This document shows, in pieces, positions 37,491 to 48,844 of a stretch of DNA of 64,000 nucleotides (the first letter of the stretch is position 1; each line of letters begins with the position of its first letter). Made by a program: the position numbers and the translations under genes. The notes beneath the pieces are model-generated. The model saw only the letters and a program-made list of their open reading frames with translations, had not been told where the DNA came from and did not search any database. The stretch comes from Octopus bimaculoides (Eukaryota). The DNA lies in NCBI RefSeq assembly GCF_001194135.2, contig NC_068994.1, positions 5,770,726 to 5,834,725 on the forward strand, written 5' to 3'.

Positions 37491-38422
37491 AAAGGTGAAT
37501 TACTGACTCAAAAAATTACATTTTACTCTGCAAATTAGGTTATTATTTTTCTTGCTGTTTTTATCTTCACATATAACCACAGCAGTTGCTCACTAACATA
37601 ATTGGCCTTGTAGCATGTATCATGTTTTTGCTCCAGAGGTCCATAGACGTCATAAGAGGCATTGATTACTGGGGTTGACTAAAAAAAACTTAATCTCTGC
37701 TCTCTGCAACGCTGCTGGGAGCGCTACATCATTTGTGTTATGTGGAAAATATTCCATCAATATTGCACAAATGATGTTGGCATCAATTTTAAAATCCATC
37801 CAAGACTTGGCCCCCGTGCTATCTGCTCACTACAAAAATCGAACTCAAGACACATAGCAAACTAAAGGCCACGAAGGCTCTAACAATTTTATCTGCCCTC
37901 TATAAATATTGTGTTTTTTTACCTCTTTGGACGAGGCCTGGAAGAATAAAAAATAAAGTTGATTTCTGTGGGATTTGAACTCAAAACAGAAAGGGGCAGT
38001 GTAACTAAATACCACGTCCGATCAATGCCCTGTGATGGAATTTGGGAGATGGAAACTATGTAGAAGCCCATTGTATATGTGTATTTTTGTGTTTATAGTT
38101 GACCCCACGCCGCCTCTTGTTGGTTTGTTTACGTCCCCGTAATATAGCGCTTCAGCAAGAGAGACCGATAGATTAAGTACAATACTTAAAATAAGTCCTG
38201 GAGTCGATTTGTTCGACTAACCCTTTCAGTGTGGTGCCCCAGTATGGCCGCAGTCCAAGCACCCTTTCTGCTAATTGACTCAAAAGTTTTATCAGCAAAA
38301 CACAGTCGTCTCCCTTGTCTGTTTATTCCCGATCCAACTTCACATAAACAAACATTGCTTCGTTTGTTTCAATAGAAAATAATTCATTTGATTGAGTCAA
38401 CAATAACAACCACAAAATATAG

Positions 38423-38474
38423 ATGGAGGTATGCGTGGAGAGCATTGAATCTGGCATTAACGCCGAGTTGGGAG
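38423..38474 (+). CDS. CUTC: CUTC exon 1
   Basis: MEVCVESIESGINAELG; gtaaga donor. Confidence 0.93.
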
Positions 38475-41400
38475 GTAAGACTATCGCACTTTGTACTTAT
38501 GCGCTATGTCTGAATTTATAAGTGTTGTCTATCCCCAAGTCATTCCCGATTGAAGTATGGTCCGTGCGGTCTTAAGGTAGGGGCACACTGGGGTCTAGGG
38601 GTCTCATTCTGATCTATATATGCTGTAGCTTCCTGTCAATAAATAAATACCGTAGGGCTCAGTGCATTGATTTGCTCGGGGACCTATAATGCGGTTAAGA
38701 CGATCTCTGGGTATGGTCAAAAACGTGACCGTCCCATCTTCCCGCCCCCAGACACAGCACCCAAAACAACATTATCCGGCGATCTTCCGATTATTGTACA
38801 TAAATGTAGCGCTTAAATTCTAACATTTATTTAGCTGTCAAATCGAACCGGTTTAACTTTATTTCACTTTCTCACACTTTCATGCACAATAATCGAAAGT
38901 CCATCCATTATCCAACGTGTCCACTGCTTTTTAAGACGGCAAGGTATGATTTGAAAAAGATTTGATTACTATTTCCTAAACTAAGTCGTCCACGTGGTGG
39001 TCGGCTTTCGATCTGGGCGGTGTGCAGAACTAAATTCCTTCTTTTAACCTACATGCGGCTTAGAATTTCAGACACGTATGACTAATGAAATTTTAAGGCA
39101 AAACTACTGCGACATTTGAATTACTTGTACACACCAGAGAGAAAAAATAATCAATCCTTAGTACTGGACATGTACTTTTATTTATCTTCCCTGAAAGGGT
39201 GAAATGTTAAGTCACTTTTGGTGGAATATGAACTCAAAGTGCTGAGGTCTGGAACAGATATTACAAAGGATTTCCGTCCTACGTTCTAACGATTCGGCAA
39301 ATTACTCCCTGATTCTTCCGTTCATCCGTATCTGTATCCGTAGAGAAAGATGACTTATCTGCCCTTGTTTTCAAAACTTTCTTTCTTATTGGTGGTAAGG
39401 GGGTTAGGCCCATATCCTAAGGTGGTGAGTTCAACTCTTGGATCGGACGGATCGTTGTGTTTTTGAAGAAAACATTATATATATATATATATATATATAT
39501 NNNNNNNNNNNNNNNNNNNNNNNNNNNNNNNNNNNNNNNNNNNNNNNNNNNNNNNNNNNNNNNNNNNNNNNNNNNNNNNNNNNNNNNNNNNNNNNNNNNN
39601 NNNNNNNNNNNNNNNNNNNNNNNNNNNNNNNNNNNNNNNNNNNNNNNNNNNNNNNNNNNNNNNNNNNNNNNNNNNNNNNNNNNNNNNNNNNNNNNNNNNN
39701 NNNNNNNNNNNNNNNNNNNNNNNNNNNNNNNNNNNNNNNNNNNNNNNNNNNNNNNNNNNNNNNNNNNNNNNNNNNNNNNNNNNNNNNNNNNNNNNNNNNN
39801 NNNNNNNNNNNNNNNNNNNNNNNNNNNNNNNNNNNNNNNNNNNNNNNNNNNNNNNNNNNNNNNNNNNNNNNNNNNNNNNNNNNNNNNNNNNNNNNNNNNN
39901 NNNNNNNNNNNNNNNNNNNNNNNNNNNNNNNNNNNNNNNNNNNNNNNNNNNNNNNNNNNNNNNNNNNNNNNNNNNNNNNNNNNNNNNNNNNNNNNNNNNN
40001 NNNNNNNNNNNNNNNNNNNNNNAATATGCATCAGTTTAATCAGTGTCAGCTAATTACTCTGGAACCATAAATTATTAAGGTGTGATATGATGGTTTTGTG
40101 GTTACAGTAGTAGTTCAGTTAAGGTGTTGGATTACTGTAGGGTCCGGTGTATTTGCTGTATGTTAACAGCATTGGGTTATTTGTCTTACATGTGGTGACC
40201 ATGTGGTTAAGATATCAGGTTACTGGTATGGTGTATTGTAGTGGTTTAAGGTGATATACTATTAAATCATGAACAATCAGTTTAAAGCCCTAGCACATGG
40301 ACTCACCAACTCATTCATTCCACTTCATTATATNNNNNNNNNNTATATATATATATATTTGCACACACAAACTCAAAGGTTGCTGACAAAATATCTTAAT
40401 ACCATTGTCAATGTTTTAATCTTTATCTAATAAATATGTTGTATTGGTGCTCTAGAAAAAACAAATGGCCATGTGATTCTGCTTACTATTTTCAGGTGCC
40501 ATCCGACTAGAATTATGTTCAGACCTTGTTGAAGGGGGTACTACTCCATCTGTAGGTAAGGTATTGTTATCACCCTAAATTATGCTGATTCTAACGAGTA
40601 AATATGCATCAGTTTAATCAGTGTCAGCTAATTACTCTGGAACCATAAATTATTAAGGTGTGATATGATGGTTTTGTGGTTACAGTAGTAGTTCAGTTAA
40701 GGTGTTGGATTACTGTAGGGTCCGGTGTATTTGCTGTATGTTAACAGCATTGGGTTATTTGTCTTACATGNNNNNNNNNNTATACTATTAAATCATGAAC
40801 AATCAGTTTAAAGCCCTAGCACATGGACTCACCAACTCATTCATTCCACTTCATTATATACGCTTCCCTGTAACTTGGATGTCCGTCCTTCACCCTGTTA
40901 CATCTTCACCATCTTCTCTCTCTCCACCTGAGACAGCCACGTTTCTCCTCTAATACAAGATACCTTTTCTGTCCCTCAGAATTCCCCCACACTCCATCCT
41001 AGTGGAAGTGTCATGTCTTGCAAGTTATCTGGTGACTTCATTGCTGTTTGTATCATGTAAAAAGTCCAATACTCTCTGTAGAGTGGTTGGTTTTAGAAAG
41101 GGGCTTCCAGCCATAGAAACCATACCAAAGTAGACAGTAGAGCTTAGTGAAGAAACACTAGTCAAGTGCAAGCTTTCTGAATTTGTTAACCAATTGTCTG
41201 GAGTGGGATGGGCTCTATATAGAGCAGGTAATGGTGGCATACCATCAGGAATTGAAGGCCCAAGGCAAGATAAGACAAAACCAGTCAAATGCCAGATAAG
41301 GCAGGATAAGACAAATGCAAGATATGAGAAGATAAGATAAGGCAAGACAAGACCATTCAAATACAAGATATGAGAAGATAAGACAAAATAAGACAAGACT

Positions 41401-44400
41401 AATCAGACACTTGCTGACATGTTGTAAATGGAGAATGTAAGCCTTTCAATATTGCACCGTTGGCAAATTCTGCCAAGATAAACTTTGCCTGTTTTCCTTT
41501 AGGGGTCGATAAAATAAGTACAAATTGAACACTGGGGTCAATGTAATCAACTTAACCCCACTCTGGAAATTGCTGGCCTTGTGCCAACATTTTCCCTGTT
41601 ATTGTTGTTGCCATGTGATGTTGTTGTTGTTGTCATGACTATGGTTGTTTCTTCAAGGGATGCTGGAAGTCATGAAAGAGAAAACCAACATCCCAATAAT
41701 GGTGATGCTTCGACCACGAGCTGGGGATTTCTACTACAGCCAAGATGAACTGGATGTCATGAAGCGAGATTTACTTGCCCTGCGCCAGGCTGGGGCTGAT
41801 GGCTTTGTTTTGGGTATCTTAAACAGGTTAAAGAATATTCTTTGGTTCTTTTACTGGTTTCAGCATTGTGGCCTTGCTGGAGCATCACCCTTTTATAGTC
41901 AATCATATTTACCCTAATAGCTATTTCAGTCTAATAATTATTTTATTGATCTCTATTTTTGAAAACAATAAGTCTCCTTATTGACACAAATGAGTGCAAC
42001 ACTACTCATCAGTAAACACACATATATATATAGATGTGTGAACGGATTTGAGAGAAACTGAAAGAAACCCATTGTGTATGTGTATATGCATATCTGTGTA
42101 TGTGTGTGTGTGTGTTTGTACATCCCTATGTGTCTTTATGCAGTTATGTGATTGTATACGTAAGGTCTTTCAATTTTTATGATTCTGCATGTGAATCCAA
42201 GTTTATGGATATATATACATTATTTACATTATTTACATTTGACGGATATTTGTCCTCATCTTGTTTGTTGTTAACATGTTTCAACTGATATACCCTCCAG
42301 CCTTCATCAAGTGTCTTGGGGAAATTTCGAACCTGGGTTCTCATTCCTAAGGTATTTTTCAATGTTGTTGTTGTTGTTGTTATTCGGGTTACTGCTTGGA
42401 ATCGAACTCGGAATCTTGGGGTTAGTAGCTCGCACTCTTAACCACTACACCAATTATGAAGTGAATATTAGGGTTTATAAATCTAATATTTTCCTACCCT
42501 TCCTTAATACCAGTTCCCATATTCTACTCATATCTGCACTCAGTCTGCTTAAGAGATTGTTGTGTCCTAGCATATGTGATGCTCCTTTTAGTTTTCATAT
42601 TTTCCAGTGGTGTTCTCTGTCTATTATTTTAATTTCATCCCACAGTGGAAGGTGTATATGTTTGAATATTTACTGTGTGCAGGCACGGACTGAGCCATCA
42701 GATAATTGGGCACTGCTCAAGGGCCCGGAGCTTTGAGGAGCCAGCTAAGGCAGCTGGTAAACAGTTATGCCTGATGGTCCTTAATACTCTCAGTCCACCC
42801 CTGACTTTGTGTGTGTGTGTGTGTGTGTGTGATAATTATTCTTTATTTAATCATCTGTTCAATAGAACCTTTCCATAGATGCTGCAAAAAAAATAAAACA
42901 CAACAAAAAGTACTCACAAAAAAAACAAAGAAACAAACCAAAAAAAAATGAACCTCTTCATGAATTGCTTTCCTTTGCAGAGATGGAACTGTGAATACGG
43001 TGCAGTGTAAAGAATTAATTGGTAAGTAATAATGGTAAGACAGGTACTGACAGGTGTGGTTAAAAAGTTTGTTTTGTAACCATGTGGTTTTCAGTCCAGT
43101 CTCACTGCATGGCACCTTGAGCAAGTTTATTTTTTCTACAATGACCCCAGGGCAACCAATGCCTTGTGAGTGAATTTTGTTGACAAAAACTGTGTGGGAA
43201 CCTGTCGTCTACATCATCGTGGACTCTCATGTCATCAGACAGATGATTTGTTTATAGTGATCAAATGTTTGTGTCCAAGTAAATCTATGATGGACAGAAT
43301 TTTAGGGATCAAGTTCTGAGATATATCTGAGTAAATCTATGATTGATAATGTTTAAGGGATCAAATTAGGAGATACATCTAAATACACCTATTTTGGATA
43401 ACATTTTAGGAATTAGAATATGGGGTATATCAAAACCTAGACAACACTAACTTGATATTTTTCACTTCATTGCAGCTATGGCCTCGCCTTTACCTGTAAC
43501 ATTCCACCGGGGTAAGTTTTGTGTTACATTGTTACAGAACACTACTAACTTTCTTTTTCTGTTGTACAAATGATCATGCATATATGTAGTTGTATGTATT
43601 GAATTTATTTACATATATACCAAACTAGTTTCAACTATATATGTATATATATATGTATATNNNNNNNNNNNNNNNNNNNNNNNNNNNNNNNNNNNNNNNN
43701 NNNNNNNNNNNNNNNNNNNNNNNNNNNNNNNNNNNNNNNNNNNNNNNNNNNNNNNNNNNNNNNNNNNNNNNNNNNNNNNNNNNNNNNNNNNNNNNNNNNN
43801 NNNNNNNNNNNNNNNNNNNNNNNNNNNNNNNNNNNNNNNNNNNNNNNNNNNNNNNNNNNNNNNNNNNNNNNNNNNNNNNNNNNNNNNNNNNNNNNNNNNN
43901 NNNNNNNNNNNNNNNNNNNNNNNNNNNNNNNNNNNNNNNNNNNNNNNNNNNNNNNNNNNNNNNNNNNNNNNNNNNNNNNNNNNNNNNNNNNNNNNNNNNN
44001 NNNNNNNNNNNNNNNNNNNNNNNNNNNNNNNNNNNNNNNNNNNNNNNNNNNNNNNNNNNNNNNNNNNNNNNNNNNNNNNNNNNNNNNNNNNNNNNNNNNN
44101 NNNNNNNNNNNNNNNNNNNNNNNNNNNNNNNNNNNNNNNNNNNNNNNNNNNNNNNNNNNNNNNNNNNNNNNNNNNNNNNNNNNNNNNNNNNNNNNNNNNN
44201 NNNNNNNNNNNNNNNNNNNNNNNNNNNNNNNNNNNNNNNNNNNNNNNNNNNNNNNNNNNNNNNNNNNNNNNNNNNNNNNNNNNNNNNNNNNNNNNNNNNN
44301 NNNNNNNNNNNNNNNNNNNNNNNNNNNNNNNNNNNNNNNNNNNNNNNNNNNNNNNNNNNNNNNNNNNNNNNNNNNNNNNNNNNTATATATGGGAGAATAT

Positions 44401-45526
44401 ACAAAAAATAACAACAGACGAGGACAGGTGGTGTAAATAACAAAAGTATATATTAGTATGACGCTCGGGAATACGGAAAGTCTTTGACGTTTCGAGCTAC
44501 GCTCTTCAACAGAAAGAATACGGAGACAAGGAGAAAAACACGGAGAAAAAAAATTGAATAGTGTTCAGTCAACGGTCAATCATAATAATGATATATATAT
44601 ATATATTGCATCAACTTTGTTACATGTATGTGTCTATCTGTTTTCTATCCAGCTATAGATATGACTAGTAACATTATGACTGCTCTCGAAGATGTAATCC
44701 AGCTCGACTGTGCCAGGGTGTTGACCAGTGGACAGGCAACGGATGCCCTTCAGGGGGTATCAGTCATAAAACAGATGATTGACAAGGTAAATATTTCAAT
44801 ACTTCATCTTCTGTGTCAGAAAAGAAAGGGTGAACGTACCTGTTCTTACCAGTCGAGGGATGAGGCCCAATAGCTTGCATAGTCAGGCTATTATAGTTTA
44901 ATTTTATTTATACTACAATGATCTCGGATTCAGGAAGTCTGTATCTGCAAGAAATGGTGGTGGTGGTGGTGAGGAGGAGGAGGATATGTAAAAATCTTTG
45001 TCGAGTGATGATGAGAGCTAATACTGTGCTAATGTGGTGAAATAGATGGAAACAAGTCCACAGTAGTTTCCCCTTGCCTGAAAACAATGGTCATGGCTTG
45101 AAAACAAGAAAGTCACTTGGGGTTGAAGCACAACATTTTAGACGTCTTAAGAAGGCTTTGAGTATCAGATGATTCCCCTTTCTTGTTCCCAATTATGTAT
45201 TCTATAAACGATACGATAGAAGGTTCGTTTGCCATATCAGCAGCCCCTGACTGGATGGGATGGAATGGTCAAAGCATTTTCACCAGTAAGATATGACCCC
45301 TAATGGCAATCTCTCTAAGACAATCATATTTATTCAAATATCTTTTTACTGTCTTCAGGCTGATGGGCACCGGCTGTTAGTTATGCCAGGTATGTATCTA
45401 TCCATCTATCTGTCTGTCCTTCTTTCCATCTATCTATCCACCTATCTATCTATCTATCTATCTATTCATTTATCCATCTGTCTATCTATCTATTTATCTA
45501 TATATATGTATCTATCTATCTGTCTG

Positions 45527-45563
<37 letters not shown>

Positions 45564-45696
45564 ATATCTGTCTGTCTATCTATCTATCTATCTATCTATT
45601 TATCTATCTAGGTAAGTGGTTAGGTTGGTAAGTAGGTGGATAGATAGGTAGGTGGGTTGGTAGGTAGGTAGGTAGGTAGGTAGGTAGGTGTCTATA

Positions 45697-45732
<36 letters not shown>

Positions 45733-48700
45733 CCTATATATATATAAATGATGATGATGATATATATATCCTGGCTGATAACAATTAAGCACTCAGTATA
45801 AAGGAATAAGATTAAATTTCCTACAATCAGATACCAGTAAATGTCAGTAGAATGCAAATTCCCAGGTAAATCCTCATGCATGACAGGTAAGTGCAACAAT
45901 CCTTTTGTAGAATTTTAAGAAATTCAGAGTATTTAACAACAAATAATATGATTTTCTTTGTACATATTATTTGTTGTCGTCGTCGTTGTTGTTGTTGTGT
46001 GTATGTGTGTGTGTGTGAAGAAAATCATATAATTTGTTATTGTTAAATACTATGAATTTCTTAAAATTCTACAAAAGGGATTACTGGATTTACCTGGGAT
46101 TTGTATTCCACTTACATTTACTGGTGTCCGATTGCTGGAAATTTAATCTCATTACAGACGTTTTGAGACTTTTTTGAGAGCGGTGCTTATAACTAGCCTA
46201 GATTTTTTAAAATTCTAATATATTGTTACTATGCATCTTATAAGCTGACCTACCAACTTTCTGTTTTTTTGGGTTTTTTTCGGATTGAAGGAGACGGCCG
46301 TAACGGCATTTGAACACACCTTACTAAACACTATTTGTCACGGTTGACTAGTTTACAGAATGCAGCTGGGACATTTGGAAACTTGCTGTGCAATAAAGTT
46401 TTATGTTAAGCTGGGTAAAATTGCTACACGGATTTATGAAATGCTCCAGACTGGTCAGGGGTCGACTTCTTTAGTGGTCCAAGAGGTGAGAGGGACAATA
46501 AAAAGTGTTGGGGTGAGATGGGTGTCAGAACCTCGGAAAATATGCAGTCATCTGGATGAAGACCCTCGTGTGTCTATAAAGACACAGTTTGGAGTTGGTG
46601 TGGCAACTCTACACAGAATTACTCATGAAGATATGAACATGTGCAAGATTTATTCTGAAGGCACTCAGTGACGAACAGAAGAAAAGACACATTGGTAGCC
46701 GCCGGGAGATAGTTGAGCTTCTGGTAACCTGTAATGAAAGATAGCACTATTGTTATGATCCAGACACTAGCAGCCAGAGTGCCAAATGGAAGCATCCTGG
46801 CTCCCTCAGACCTGGAAAAACAAGTCCACTAGAATGCTCGTGGTGATCCCCATTTTTGACAGCAAGTGCATTGTTTGTGTCCACTGAGTTCCCTCTGGCC
46901 AGATGGTCAAGAAAGAGTACTTTGTGAAGGTTTTGCAGGAGTTCAGGAACAGATTTCATTGCAAAAGACCTGAGCTTTTCCATTTGGGTCGGTGGCACTT
47001 GCCACCAGGGCAATGCACCAGTCCACAGTTCCATCTTGGTAACACCAACTGCTTGATACAGATGGACATGAAGGCCATCACTTACTCTCGCTACACTCTA
47101 GACCTTGCTCCCTGTGATGTTTGATTGTTCCCCAAGCTGAAGAAGAACCTCAGAGGAAGCCCTTTTTGATGACATTGAGAAGATGAAGGAACTATGACAA
47201 GGGTCCCAGACACCTTCACTTCGGAGGACCTTCATAGGCCTTCATGAAGTGGCTGTAGCACTACAAGTGCATTGAAATCAGAGGGTCCTATTTTGAAGGG
47301 GATTTTGTGCTTCTTTGAAATTAATAAATGTCTCTCCTGCAAAAGTTTCAAAACTCCTGAAATACATCTTGTATATATTGAAAACAGTGAATTCCTACTC
47401 CCATTACACTCTTACCCACAAACACACACACAAGCAAATTATGTGCCTACTACCCTTTGCACTGTACCTTAACCTACTACCCTTTACATTGTACCAAATC
47501 TCCCTCAAAAATTGTGCTATTGTCTTAAAAAAGGAAGGACACTTTGGATAATGGAGCTCTAAAAAGGAAAAATATGATACGTTTGTCAAAGTAGAAATGC
47601 TTTTGATTGAGTGAGAGTGTACCTGGTCAGCACTCACCTGGGGTTAAACAACAACAAAATCAAAAATGAATTATATGCCTTGCATAAAGGTTGCATCCAA
47701 GATATTCACTGACTGCATTAAGATATCTACAAAATGTATACAATTGATGTGTGAGTTTATTCACAACAACTATAGAAGATTTATACATACAGGATATATC
47801 TAAACAGGATGTAAAACAGATAGTCTTATGCTTGTTATTATTATTTTCTTTTCTCTCTCTTTTTTTATTTTTTATTTTTTACTGGTTTTCAGTTGGCTGT
47901 CCTTGATTATGTGGCCACCACTCTGAATATAACCTACATACGATTTGTAAACACTCACTCTACAACTTTGAATTGTTTGTCAGGTGTTCTATAGTCAGAG
48001 CCTTGAACTGCTCGTGTACAGCACATACGTGAAGTGTAGGAAAAGTTTGTATGCAGCCTGTTTGCACTTTGGGAATAGCTGGTGTGTATGTGTAATGCTA
48101 ACTTGACAGTTTTTATACAGATGCAATGCAGTGTGTGTATGTGAACAGCTTGTATACAGCTTAAATGAAGCCTGTGAACAGTGAACAGCTTGTATACAGC
48201 TGCAATGCTGTCTGTGAACAGCTTGTATGCAGTTTATAAGTGTTCTGTGAGCAGCTTGTGTGCAACCAATGTGCACTCTGCAAGCAGCTTTCATGCAATC
48301 TATATGCAGTCTGTAAACAACTTTATGTAGCTGCAGTGCTGCTTGTGAACAGCTTCTGTGCAACTGTATACAGTCTGTGAACAACTTGTATGCAGGCAGT
48401 GTAAGTTTGTGAACAACTTGTATGAAAGCAGTGTACAGTTTATGAGCAGTTTGTATGCAGTTTATGTGCAGCTTGTATGTAATTTATGTGCAATTTGTGA
48501 GCAGCTTGTATGCAGTTTATGTGCAGTTTGTATGTAAGCTATTTGCAGTTTCTATGCATTCAATTTAAAACTAATGTTTTGTTGGGGGGGGTTGTGTGTT
48601 TGTTTGTTTGTTTCTAGGTGGTGGAATTAATGTTAATAATCTACAGAAAATTCTGGAAATTTCTGGTGCACGAGAATTCCATGGATCAGCACGTGAAACG

Positions 48701-48844
48701 CGGGATTCTTTGATGACATTTCGTCCAGCATCTGCAGTCAAGATGGGTGGCGCTTCTGAATCAGAATTCTGCATTCGCGTAACATCAGCAACTCTTGTGA
48801 GACAGATAGTTTCCATAGCAACAGAGCACTGGACCAAGGAATAA
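38423..48844 (+). CDS. CUTC: Copper homeostasis protein CutC homolog, 249 aa. Exons: 38423-38474, 40496-40555, 41658-41826, 42981-43021, 43476-43511, 44653-44786, 45359-45389, 48618-48844
   Basis: Spliced ORF of 750 nt with CutC motifs MEVCVES, RLELCSDLVEGGTTPS, MLRPRAGDF, GADGFVLGIL, PVTFHRAID, RVLTSG, MPGGGI, EFHGS; GT-AG introns, phases agree. Confidence 0.97.
40496..40555 (+). CDS. CUTC: CUTC exon 2
   Basis: (G)AIRLELCSDLVEGGTTPSV. Confidence 0.96.
41260..41400. repeat. Degenerate (AGATA/AGACA)n pentanucleotide repeat
   Basis: Direct sequence inspection. Confidence 0.8.
41658..41826 (+). CDS. CUTC: CUTC exon 3
   Basis: (G)MLEVMKEKTNIPIMVMLRPRAGDFYYSQDELDVMKRDLLALRQAGADGFVLGILN. Confidence 0.96.
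42360..42450 (-). mobile_element. Short tRNA-head retroposon with (AAC)n tail
   Basis: GGTGTAGTGGTTAAGAGTGCGAGCTACTAACCCCAAGATTCCGAGTTCGATTCCAAGC followed by AATAACAACAACAAC. Confidence 0.65.
42981..43021 (+). CDS. CUTC: CUTC exon 4
   Basis: (R)DGTVNTVQCKELI; tttgcag / gtaagt. Confidence 0.92.
43476..43511 (+). CDS. CUTC: CUTC exon 5
   Basis: (A)MASPLPVTFHR; tgcag / gtaagt. Confidence 0.93.
44653..44786 (+). CDS. CUTC: CUTC exon 6
   Basis: (A)IDMTSNIMTALEDVIQLDCARVLTSGQATDALQGVSVIKQMIDK. Confidence 0.96.
45359..45389 (+). CDS. CUTC: CUTC exon 7
   Basis: ADGHRLLVMP; cttcag / gtatgt. Confidence 0.9.
45390..45730. repeat. Compound (TCTA)n-(TAGG)n-(CT)n microsatellite right after CUTC exon 7
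   Basis: Direct sequence inspection. Confidence 0.95.
45809..46149. repeat. Long inverted repeat (foldback/MITE), arms 45809-45958 and 46018-46149
   Basis: Arms align as reverse complements apart from an insertion of about 20 nt in the left arm; 59-nt (GTT)n/(GT)n spacer. Confidence 0.85.
46153..47373 (+). mobile_element. Mariner (Tc1/mariner) transposon fossil, about 1.2 kb, pseudogenised transposase
   Basis: Frames give CAIKFYVKLGK (HTH), KALSDEQKKR, YDPDT..QSAKWKHPGS, EYFVKVLQEFRNRFHCKRPELF, YTLDLAPCDV*LFPKLK, GSYFEGD; TIR remnants GTTTTGAGACTTTT / AAAAGTTTCAAAAC; terminal TA. Confidence 0.9.
48040..48560. repeat. Degenerate 11-bp minisatellite
   Basis: Alternating TGTGAACAGCT / TGTATGCAGTT-like units for about 500 bp. 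Confidence 0.8.
48618..48844 (+). CDS. CUTC: CUTC exon 8 (last)
   Basis: (G)GGINVNNLQKILEISGAREFHGSARETRDSLMTFRPASAVKMGGASESEFCIRVTSATLVRQIVSIATEHWTKE*. Confidence 0.96.

Noticed and set aside
36000-38400. COX15 head-to-head with CUTC, as in human
   Set aside because: No COX15-like sequence was found in any frame upstream of CUTC.
43278-43433. Three diverged 52-bp tandem units before CUTC exon 5
   Set aside because: The periodicity is real but heavily decayed, and there is no sign of function.
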